Shown here: positions 50,701 to 61,750 of the stretch, piece by piece
Layout: each line of letters starts with the position of its first letter
Numbering within the stretch: the first letter of the stretch is position 1
Assembly (NCBI GenBank): GCA_964016885.1
Contig: OZ024740.1
Span: forward strand, 18,414,001-18,478,000
Direction of reading: 5' to 3'
Length of the DNA stretch: 64,000 nt
Origin: Eledone cirrhosa
Taxonomy: Eukaryota
Program-made: the position numbers and the translations under genes
Notes under the pieces: generated by a model
Database searches by the model: none
Told to the model about the DNA's origin: nothing
The model's input: the letters and a program-made list of their open reading frames with translations, nothing else

Positions 50701-53700
50701 TGCAGTAATACGTCAGTTTCAGTAGTCAGTGGTGCAGTGATACGTCAGTTTCAGTAGTCACTGGTGCAGTAATACGTCAGTTTCAGTAGTCAGTGGTTCA
50801 GTAATACGTCAGTTTCAGTAGTCAGTGGTGCAGTAATACGTCAGTTTCAGTAGTCACTGGTGCAGTAATACGTCAGTTTCAGTAGTCAGTGGTGCAGTAA
50901 TACGCCAGTTTCAGTAGTCAGTGGTGCAGTAATACGTCAGTTTCAGTAGTCACTGGTGCAGTAATACGTCAGTTTCAGTAGTCAGTGGTTCAGTAATACG
51001 TCAGTTTCAGTAGTCAGTGGTGCAGTAATACGTCAGTTTCAGTAGTCAGTGGTGCAGTAACACGTCAGTTTCAGTAGTCAGTGGTGCAGTAATACGTCAG
51101 TTTCAGTAGTCAGTGGTGCAGTAACACGTCAGTTTCAGTAGTCAGTGGTGCAGTAATACGTCAGTTTCAGTAGTCAGTGGTGCAGTAATACGTCAGTTTC
51201 AGTAGTCAGTGGTGCAGTAATACGCCAGTTTCAGTAGTCACTGGTGCAGTAATACGTCAGTTTCAGTAGTCAGTGGTGCAGTAATACGTCAGTTTCAGTA
51301 GTCAGTGGTGCAGTAATACGCCAGTTTCAGTAGTCACTGGTGCAGTAATACGTCAGTTTCAGTAGTCACTGGTGCAGTAATACGCCAGTTTCAGTAGTCA
51401 CTGGTGCAGTAATACGCCAGTTTCAGTAGTCAGTGGTGCAGTAATACGTCAGTTTCAGTAGTCAGTGGTGCAGTAATACGCCAGTTTCAGTAGTCACTGG
51501 TGCAGTAATACGTCAGTTTCAGTAGTCAGTGGTGCAGTAATACGTCAGTTTCAGTAGTCAGTGGTGCAGTAATACGCCAGTTTCAGTAGTCACTGGTGCA
51601 GTAATACGTCAGTTTCAGTAGTCAGTGGTGCAGTAATACGCCAGTTTCAGTAGTCACTGGCGCTGTAATACGTCAGTTTCTGTAGTCAGTGGTGCAGTAA
51701 TACGTCAGTTACAGTAGTCAGTGGTGCAGTAATACGTCAGTTTCAGTAGTCACTGGTGCAGTAATACGTCAGTTTCAGTAGTCACTGGTGCAGTAATACG
51801 CCAGTTTCAGTAGTCACTGGTGCAGTAATACGTCAGTTACAGTAGTCACTGGTGCAGTAATACGTCAGTTTCAGTAGTCAGTGGTGCAGTAATACATCAG
51901 TTACAGTAGTCAGTGGTGCAGTAATACGTCAGTTTGAGTAGCCACTGGTGCAGCAATACGTCAGTTTCAGTAGTCACTGGTGCAGTAATACGTCAGTTTC
52001 AGTAGTCAGTGGTGCAGTGATACGTCAGTTTCAGTAGTCACTGGTGCAGTAATACGTCAGTTTCAGTAGTCAGTGGTTCAGTAATACGTCAGTTTCAGTA
52101 GTCAGTGGTGCAGTAATACGTCAGTTTCAGTAGTCACTGGTGCAGTAATACGTCAGTTTCAGTAGTCAGTGGTGCAGTAATACGCCAGTTTCAGTAGTCA
52201 GTGGTGCAGTAATACGTCAGTTTCAGTAGTCACTGGTGCAGTAATACGTCAGTTTCACTAGTCAGTGGTTCAGTAATACGTCAGTTTCAGTAGTCAGTGG
52301 TGCAGTAATACGTCAGTTTCAGTAGTCAGTGGTGCAGTAACACGTCAGTTTCAGTAGTCAGTGGTGCAGTAATACGTCAGTTTCAGTAGTCAGTGGTGCA
52401 GTAACACGTCAGTTTCAGTAGTCAGTGGTGCAGTAATACGTCAGTTTCAGTAGTCAGTGGTGCAGTAATACGTCAGTTTCAGTAGTCAGTGGTGCAGTAA
52501 TACGCCAGTTTCAGTAGTCACTGGTGCAGTAATACGTCAGTTTCAGTAGTCAGTGGTGCAGTAATACGTCAGTTTCAGTAGTCAGTGGTGCAGTAATACG
52601 CCAGTTTCAGTAGTCACTGGTGCAGTAATACGTCAGTTTCAGTAGTCACTGGTGCAGTAATACGCCAGTTTCAGTAGTCACTGGTGCAGTAATACGCCAG
52701 TTTCAGTAGTCAGTGGTGCAGTAATACGTCAGTTTCAGTAGTCAGTGGTGCAGTAATACGCCAGTTTCAGTAGTCACTGGTGCAGTAATACGTCAGTTTC
52801 AGTAGTCAGTGGTGCAGTAATACGTCAGTTTCAGTAGTCAGTGGTGCAGTAATACGTCAGTTTCAGTAGTCACTGGTGCAGTAATACGTCAGTTTCAGTA
52901 GTCAGTGGTGCAGTAATACGCCAGTTTCAGTAGTCACTGGTGCAGTAATACGTCAGTTTCAGTAGTCAGTGGTGCAGTAATACGCCAGTTTCAGTAGTCA
53001 CTGGCGCAGTAATACGTCAGTTTCTGTAGTCAGTGGTGCAGTAATACGTCAGTTACAGTAGTCAGTGGTGCAGTAATACGTCAGTTTCAGTAGTCACTGG
53101 TGCAGTAATACGTCAGTTTCAGTAGTCACTGGTGCAGTAATACGCCAGTTTCAGTAGTCACTGGTGCAGTAATACGTCAGTTACAGTAGTCACTGGTGCA
53201 GTAATACGTCAGTTTCAGTAGTCAGTGGTGCAGTAATACATCAGTTACAGTAGTCAGTGGTGCAGTAATACGTCAGTTTGAGTAGTCACTGGTGCAGTAA
53301 TACGCCAGTTTCAGTAGTCAGTGGTGCAGTAATACGCCAGTTTCAGTAGTCAGTGGTGCAGTAATGGGTCAGTTTCAGTAGTCAGTGGTGCAGTAATACG
53401 TCAGTTTCAGTAGTCAGTGGTGCAGTAATGGGTCAGTTTCAGTAGTCACTGGTGCAGTAATACGTCAGTTTCAGTAGTCAGTGGTGCAGTAATACGTCAG
53501 TTTCAGTAGTCACTGGTGCAGTAATACGTCAGTTTCAGTAGTCAGTGGTGCAGTAATACATCAGTTACAGTAGTCAGTGGTGCAGTAATACGTCAGTTTC
53601 AGTAGTCAGTGGTGCAGTAATACGTCAGTTACAGTAGTCACTGGTGCAGTAATACGTCACTTTCAGTAGTCACTGGTGCAGTAATACGTCAGTTTCAGTA

Positions 53701-56700
53701 GTCAGTGGTGCAGTAATACGTCAGTTACAGTAGTCAGTGGTGCAGTAATACGTCAGTTTCAGTAGTCACTGGTGCAGTAATGGGTCAGTTTCAGTAGTCA
53801 CTGGTGCAGTAATACGTCAGTTTCAGTAGTCACTGGTGCAGTAATACGCCAGTTTCAGTAGTCAGTGGTGCAGTAATGGGTCAGTTTCAGTAGTCACTGG
53901 TGCAGTAATACGTCAGTTTCAGTAGTCAGTGGTGCAGTAATGGGTCAGTTTCAGTAGTCACTGGTGCAGTAATACGCCAGTTTCAGTAGTCACTGGTGCA
54001 GTAATACGTCAGTTTCAGTAGTCAGTGGTGCAGTAATACGTCAGTTTCAGTAGTCAGTGGTGCAGTAATACGTCAGTTTCAGTAGTCAGTGGTGCAGTAA
54101 TACGTCAGTTTCAGTAGTCACTGGTGCAGTAATACGTCAGTTTCAGTAGTAACTGGTGCAGTAATACGTCAGTTTCAGTAGTCACTGGTGCAGTAATACG
54201 TCAGTTTCAGTAGTCACTGGTGCAGTAATACGTCAGTTTCAGTAGTCACTGGTGCAGTAATACGTCAGTTTCAGTAGTCACTGGTGCAATAATACGTCAG
54301 TTTCAGTAGTCACTGGTGCAGTAATGGGTCAGTTTCAGTAGTCAGTGGTGCAGTAATACGTCAGTTTCAGTAGTCACTGGTGCAGTAATACGTCAGTTTC
54401 AGTAGTCAGTGGTGCAGTAATACGTCAGTTTCAGTAGTCAGTGGTGCAGTAATACGTCAGTTTCAGTAGTCAGTGGTGCAGTAATACGTCAGTTTCAGTA
54501 GTCATTGGTGCAGTAATACGTCAGTTTCAGTAGTCAGTGGTGCAGTAATGGGTCAGTTTCAGTAGTCAGTGGTGCAGTAATGGGTCAGTTTCAGTAGTCT
54601 CTGGTGCAGTAATACGCCAGTTTCAGTAGTCAGTGGTGCAGTAATACGTCAGTTTCAGTAGTCAGTGGTGCAGTAATACGTCAGTTTCAGTAGTCACTGG
54701 TGCAGTAATACGTCAGTTTCAGTAGTCAGTGGTGCAGTAATGGGTCAGTTTCAGTAGTCACTGGTGCAGTAATACGCCAGTTTCAGTAGTCACTGGTGCA
54801 GTAATGGGTCATTTTCAGTAGTCAGTGGTGCAGTAATACGCCAGTTTCAGTAGTCAGTGGTGCAGTAATACGTCAGTTTCAGTAGTCACTGGTGCAGTAA
54901 TACGTCAGTTTCAGTAGTCAGTGGTGCAGTAATACGTCAGTTTCAGTAGTCACTGGTGCAGTAATACGCCAGTTTCAGTAGTCACTGGTGCAGTAATGGG
55001 TCATTTTCAGTAGTCAGTGGTGCAGTAATACGCCAGTTTCAGTAGTCAGTGGTGCAGTAATACGCCAGTTTCAGTAGTCACTGGTGCAGTAATACGTCAG
55101 TTTCAGTAGTCACTGGTGCAGTAATACGTCAGTTTCAGTAGTCACTGGTGCAGTAATACGTCAGTTTCAGTAGTCACTGGTGCAGTAATACTTCAGTTTC
55201 AGTAGTCAGTGGTGCAGTAATACGCCAGTTTCAGTAGTCCGTGGTGCAGTAATACGTCAGTTTCAGTAGTCACTGGTGCAGTAATACGTCAGTTTCAGTA
55301 GTCAGTGGTGCAGTAATACGTCAGTTTCAGTAGTCAGTGGTTCAGTAATACGTCAGTTTCAGTAGTCAGTGGTTCAGTAATACGTCAGTTTCAGTAGTCA
55401 GTGGTGCAGTAATACGCCAGTTTCAGTAGTCAGTGGTGCAGTAATACGTCAGTTTCAGTAGTCACTGGTGCAGTAATACGTCAGTTTCAGTAGTCAGTGG
55501 TGCAGTAATACGTCAGTTTCAGTAGTCAGTGGTGCAGTAACACGTCAGTTTCAGTAGTCAGTGGTGCAGTAATACGCCAGTTTCAGTAGTCACTGGTGCA
55601 GTAATACGTCAGTTTCAGTAGTCAGTGGTGCAGTAATACGCCAGTTTCAGTAGTCAGTGGTGCAGTAATACGCCAGTTTCAGTAGTCACTGGTGCAGTAA
55701 TACGTCAGTTTCAGTAGTCACTGGTGCAGTAATACGTCAGTTTCAGTAGTCACTGGTGCAGTAATACGTCAGTTTCAGTAGTCAGTGGTGCAGTAATACG
55801 TCAGTTTCAGTAGTCAGTGGTGCAGTAACACGTCAGTTTCAGTAGTCAGTGGTGCAGTAACACGTCAGTTTCAGTAGTCAGTGGTGCAGTAATACGCCAG
55901 TTTCAGTAGTCACTGGTGCAGTAATACGTCAGTTTCAGTAGTCAGTGGTGCAGTAATACGCCAGTTTCAGTAGTCAGTGGTGCAGTAATACGCCAGTTTC
56001 AGTAGTCACTGGTGCAGTAATACGTCAGTTTCAGTAGTCACTGGTGCAGTAATACGTCAGTTTCAGTAGTCACTGGTGCAGTAATACGTCAGTTTCAGTA
56101 GTCAGTGGTGCAGTAACACGTCAGTTTCAGTAGTCAGTGGTGCAGTAACACGTCAGTTTCAGTAGTCAGTGGTGCAGTAATACGCCAGTTTCAGTAGTCA
56201 CTGGTGCAGTAATACGTCAGTTTCAGTAGTCAGTGGTGCAGTAATACGTCAGTTTCAGTAGTCAGTGGTGCAGTGATACGTCAGTTTCAGTAGTCACTGG
56301 TGCAGTAATACGTCAGTTTCAGTAGTCAGTGGTTCAGTAATACGTCAGTTTCAGTAGTCAGTGGTGCAGTAATACGTCAGTTTCAGTAGTCACTGGTGCA
56401 GTAATACGTCAGTTTCAGTAGTCAGTGGTGCAGTAATACGCCAGTTTCAGTAGTCAGTGGTGCAGTAATACGTCAGTTTCAGTAGTCACTGGTGCAGTAA
56501 TACGTCAGTTTCAGTAGTCAGTGGTTCAGTAATACGTCAGTTTCAGTAGTCAGTGGTGCAGTAATACGTCAGTTTCAGTAGTCAGTGGTGCAGTAACACG
56601 TCAGTTTCAGTAGTCAGTGGTGCAGTAATACGTCAGTTTCAGTAGTCAGTGGTGCAGTAACACGTCAGTTTCAGTAGTCAGTGGTGCAGTAATACGTCAG

Positions 56701-59700
56701 TTTCAGTAGTCAGTGGTGCAGTAATACGTCAGTTTCAGTAGTCAGTGGTGCAGTAATACGCCAGTTTCAGTAGTCACTGGTGCAGTAATACGTCAGTTTC
56801 AGTAGTCAGTGGTGCAGTAATACGTCAGTTTCAGTAGTCAGTGGTGCAGTAATACGCCAGTTTCAGTAGTCACTGGTGCAGTAATACGTCAGTTTCAGTA
56901 GTCACTGGTGCAGTAATACGCCAGTTTCAGTAGTCACTGGTGCAGTAATACGCCAGTTTCAGTAGTCAGTGGTGCAGTAATACGTCAGTTTCAGTAGTCA
57001 GTGGTGCAGTAATACGCCAGTTTCAGTAGTCACTGGTGCAGTAATACGTCAGTTTCAGTAGTCAGTGGTGCAGTAATACGTCAGTTTCAGTAGTCAGTGG
57101 TGCAGTAATACGCCAGTTTCAGTAGTCACTGGTGCAGTAATACGTCAGTTTCAGTAGTCAGTGGTGCAGTAATACGCCAGTTTCAGTAGTCACTGGCGCA
57201 GTAATACGTCAGTTTCTGTAGTCAGTGGTGCAGTAATACGTCAGTTACAGTAGTCAGTGGTGCAGTAATACGTCAGTTTCAGTAGTCACTGGTGCAGTAA
57301 TACGTCAGTTTCAGTAGTCACTGGTGCAGTAATACGCCAGTTTCAGTAGTCACTGGTGCAGTAATACGTCAGTTACAGTAGTCACTGGTGCAGTAATACG
57401 TCAGTTTCAGTAGTCAGTGGTGCAGTAATACATCAGTTACAGTAGTCAGTGGTGCAGTAATACGTCAGTTTGAGTAGTCACTGGTGCAGCAATACGTCAG
57501 TTTCAGTAGTCAGTGGTGCAGTAATACGTCAGTTTCAGTAGTCAGTGGTGCAGTGATACGTCAGTTTCAGTAGTCACTGGTGCAGTAATACGTCAGTTTC
57601 AGTAGTCAGTGGTTCAGTAATACGTCAGTTTCAGTAGTCAGTGGTGCAGTAATACGTCAGTTTCAGTAGTCACTGGTGCAGTAATACGTCAGTTTCAGTA
57701 GTCAGTGGTGCAGTAATACGCCAGTTTCAGTAGTCAGTGGTGCAGTAATACGTCAGTTTCAGTAGTCACTGGTGCAGTAATACGTCAGTTTCACTAGTCA
57801 GTGGTTCAGTAATACGTCAGTTTCAGTAGTCAGTGGTGCAGTAATACGTCAGTTTCAGTAGTCAGTGGTGCAGTAACACGTCAGTTTCAGTAGTCAGTGG
57901 TGCAGTAATACGTCAGTTTCAGTAGTCAGTGGTGCAGTAACACGTCAGTTTCAGTAGTCAGTGGTGCAGTAATACGTCAGTTTCAGTAGTCAGTGGTGCA
58001 GTAATACGTCAGTTTCAGTAGTCAGTGGTGCAGTAATACGCCAGTTTTAGTAGTCACTGGTGCAGTAATACGTCAGTTTCAGTAGTCAGTGGTGCAGTAA
58101 TACGTCAGTTTCAGTAGTCAGTGGTGCAGTAATACGCCAGTTTCAGTAGTCACTGGTGCAGTAATACGTCAGTTTCAGTAGTCACTGGTGCAGTAATACG
58201 CCAGTTTCAGTAGTCACTGGTGCAGTAATACGCCAGTTTCAGTAGTCAGTGGTGCAGTAATACGTCAGTTTCAGTAGTCAGTGGTGCAGTAATACGCCAG
58301 TTTCAGTAGTCACTGGTGCAGTAATACGTCAGTTTCAGTAGTCAGTGGTGCAGTAATACGTCAGTTTCAGTAGTCAGTGGTGCAGTAATACGTCAGTTTC
58401 AGTAGTCACTGGTGCAGTAATACGTCAGTTTCAGTAGTCAGTGGTGCAGTAATACGCCAGTTTCAGTAGTCACTGGTGCAGTAATACGTCAGTTTCAGTA
58501 GTCAGTGGTGCAGTAATACGCCAGTTTCAGTAGTCACTGGCGCAGTAATACGTCAGTTTCTGTAGTCAGTGGTGCAGTAATACGTCAGTTACAGTAGTCA
58601 GTGGTGCAGTAATACGTCAGTTTCAGTAGTCACTGGTGCAGTAATACGTCAGTTTCAGTAGTCACTGGTGCAGTAATACGCCAGTTTCAGTAGTCACTGG
58701 TGCAGTAATACGTCAGTTACAGTAGTCACTGGTGCAGTAATACGTCAGTTTCAGTAGTCAGTGGTGCAGTAATACATCAGTTACAGTAGTCAGTGGTGCA
58801 GTAATACGTCAGTTTGAGTAGTCACTGGTGCAGTAATACGTCAGTTTCAGTAGTCAGTGGTGCAGTAATACGCCAGTTTCAGTAGTCAGTGGTGCAGTAA
58901 TGGGTCAGTTTCAGTAGTCAGTGGTGCAGTAATACGTCAGTTTCAGTAGTCAGTGGTGCAGTAATGGGTCAGTTTCAGTAGTCACTGGTGCAGTAATACG
59001 TCAGTTTCAGTAGTCAGTGGTGCAGTAATACGTCAGTTTCAGTAGTCACTGGTGCAGTAATACGTCAGTTTCAGTAGTCAGTGGTGCAGTAATACATCAG
59101 TTACAGTAGTCAGTGGTGCAGTAATACGTCAGTTTCAGTAGTCAGTGGTGCAGTAATACGTCAGTTACAGTAGTCACTGGTGCAGTAATACGTCACTTTC
59201 AGTAGTCACTGGTGCAGTAATACGTCAGTTTCAGTAGTCAGTGGTGCAGTAATACGTCAGTTACAGTAGTCAGTGGTGCAGTAATACGTCAGTTTCAGTA
59301 GTCACTGGTGCAGTAATGGGTCAGTTTCAGTAGTCACTGGTGCAGTAATACGTCAGTTTCAGTAGTCACTGGTGCAGTAATACGCCAGTTTCAGTAGTCA
59401 GTGGTGCAGTAATGGGTCAGTTTCAGTAGTCACTGGTGCAGTAATACGTCAGTTTCAGTAGTCAGTGGTGCAGTAATGGGTCAGTTTCAGTAGTCACTGG
59501 TGCAGTAATACGCCAGTTTCAGTAGTCACTGGTGCAGTAATACGTCAGTTTCAGTAGTCAGTGGTGCAGTAATACGTCAGTTTCAGTAGTCAGTGGTGCA
59601 GTAATACGTCAGTTTCAGTAGTCAGTGGTGCAGTAATACGTCAGTTTCAGTAGTCACTGGTGCAGTAATACGTCAGTTTCAGTAGTAACTGGTGCAGTAA

Positions 59701-61750
59701 TACGTCAGTTTCAGTAGTCACTGGTGCAGTAATACGTCAGTTTCAGTAGTCACTGGTGCAGTAATACGTCAGTTTCAGTAGTCACTGGTGCAGTAATACG
59801 TCAGTTTCAGTAGTCACTGGTGCAATAATACGTCAGTTTCAGTAGTCACTGGTGCAGTAATGGGTCAGTTTCAGTAGTCAGTGGTGCAGTAATACGTCAG
59901 TTTCAGTAGTCACTGGTGCAGTAATACGTCAGTTTCAGTAGTCAGTGGTGCAGTAATACGTCAGTTTCAGTAGTCAGTGGTGCAGTAATACGTCAGTTTC
60001 AGTAGTCAGTGGTGCAGTAATACGTCAGTTTCAGTAGTCATTGGTGCAGTAATACGTCAGTTTCAGTAGTCAGTGGTGCAGTAATGGGTCAGTTTCAGTA
60101 GTCAGTGGTGCAGTAATGGGTCAGTTTCAGTAGTCTCTGGTGCAGTAATACGCCAGTTTCAGTAGTCAGTGGTGCAGTAATACGTCAGTTTCAGTAGTCA
60201 GTGGTGCAGTAATACGTCAGTTTCAGTAGTCACTGGTGCAGTAATACGTCAGTTTCAGTAGTCAGTGGTGCAGTAATGGGTCAGTTTCAGTAGTCACTGG
60301 TGCAGTAATACGCCAGTTTCAGTAGTCACTGGTGCAGTAATGGGTCATTTTCAGTAGTCAGTGGTGCAGTAATACGCCAGTTTCAGTAGTCAGTGGTGCA
60401 GTAATACGTCAGTTTCAGTAGTCACTGGTGCAGTAATACGTCAGTTTCAGTAGTCAGTGGTGCAGTAATACGTCAGTTTCAGTAGTCACTGGTGCAGTAA
60501 TACGCCAGTTTCAGTAGTCACTGGTGCAGTAATGGGTCATTTTCAGTAGTCAGTGGTGCAGTAATACGCCAGTTTCAGTAGTCAGTGGTGCAGTAATACG
60601 CCAGTTTCAGTAGTCACTGGTGCAGTAATACGTCAGTTTCAGTAGTCACTGGTGCAGTAATACGTCAGTTTCAGTAGTCACTGGTGCAGTAATACGTCAG
60701 TTTCAGTAGTCACTGTTGCAGTAATACTTCAGTTTCAGTAGTCAGTGGTGCAGTAATACGCCAGTTTCAGTAGTCCGTGGTGCAGTAATACGTCAGTTTC
60801 AGTAGTCACTGGTGCAGTAATACGTCAGTTTCAGTAGTCAGTGGTGCAGTAATACGTCAGTTTCAGTAGTCAGTGGTTCAGTAATACGTCAGTTTCAGTA
60901 GTCAGTGGTTCAGTAATACGTCAGTTTCAGTAGTCAGTGGTGCAGTAATACGCCAGTTTCAGTAGTCAGTGGTGCAGTAATACGTCAGTTTCAGTAGTCA
61001 CTGGTGCAGTAATACGTCAGTTTCAGTAGTCAGTGGTGCAGTAATACGTCAGGTTCAGTAGTCAGTGGTGCAGTAACACGTCAGTTTCAGTAGTCAGTGG
61101 TGCAGTAACACGTCAGTTTCAGTAGTCAGTGGTGCAGTAATACGCCAGTTTCAGTAGTCACTGGTGCAGTAATACGTCAGTTTCAGTAGTCAGTGGTGCA
61201 GTAATACGCCAGTTTCAGTAGTCAGTGGTGCAGTAATACGCCAGTTTCAGTAGTCACTGGTGCAGTAATACGTCAGTTTCAGTAGTCACTGGTGCAGTAA
61301 TACGTCAGTTTCAGTAGTCACTGGTGCAGTAATACGTCAGTTTCAGTAGTCAGTGGTGCAGTAATACGTCAGTTTCAGTAGTCAGTGGTGCAGTAACACG
61401 TCAGTTTCAGTAGTCAGTGGTGCAGTAACACGTCAGTTTCAGTAGTCAGTGGTGCAGTAATACGCCAGTTTCAGTAGTCACTGGTGCAGTAATACGTCAG
61501 TTTCAGTAGTCAGTGGTGCAGTAATACGCCAGTTTCAGTAGTCAGTGGTGCAGTAATACGCCAGTTTCAGTAGTCACTGGTGCAGTAATACGTCAGTTTC
61601 AGTAGTCACTGGTGCAGTAATACGTCAGTTTCAGTAGTCACTGGTGCAGTAATACGTCAGTTTCAGTAGTCAGTGGTGCAGTAACACGTCAGTTTCAGTA
61701 GTCAGTGGTGCAGTAACACGTCAGTTTCAGTAGTCAGTGGTGCAGTAATA
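50700..61750. repeat. Tandem duplication of a 5,536-bp (173-monomer) block, each copy containing a ~1.3-kb internal duplication
   Basis: CAGTGATA 50735/56271, TCTGTAG ~51679/57215, CAGCAAT 51951/57487, CACTAG 52256/57792, CGTCACTT 53655/59191, AACTGG 54151/59687 and TAGTCCG 55235/60771 all lie at +5536. Internal repeat: CAGTGATA 50735/52015 (+1280). Confidence 0.92.
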
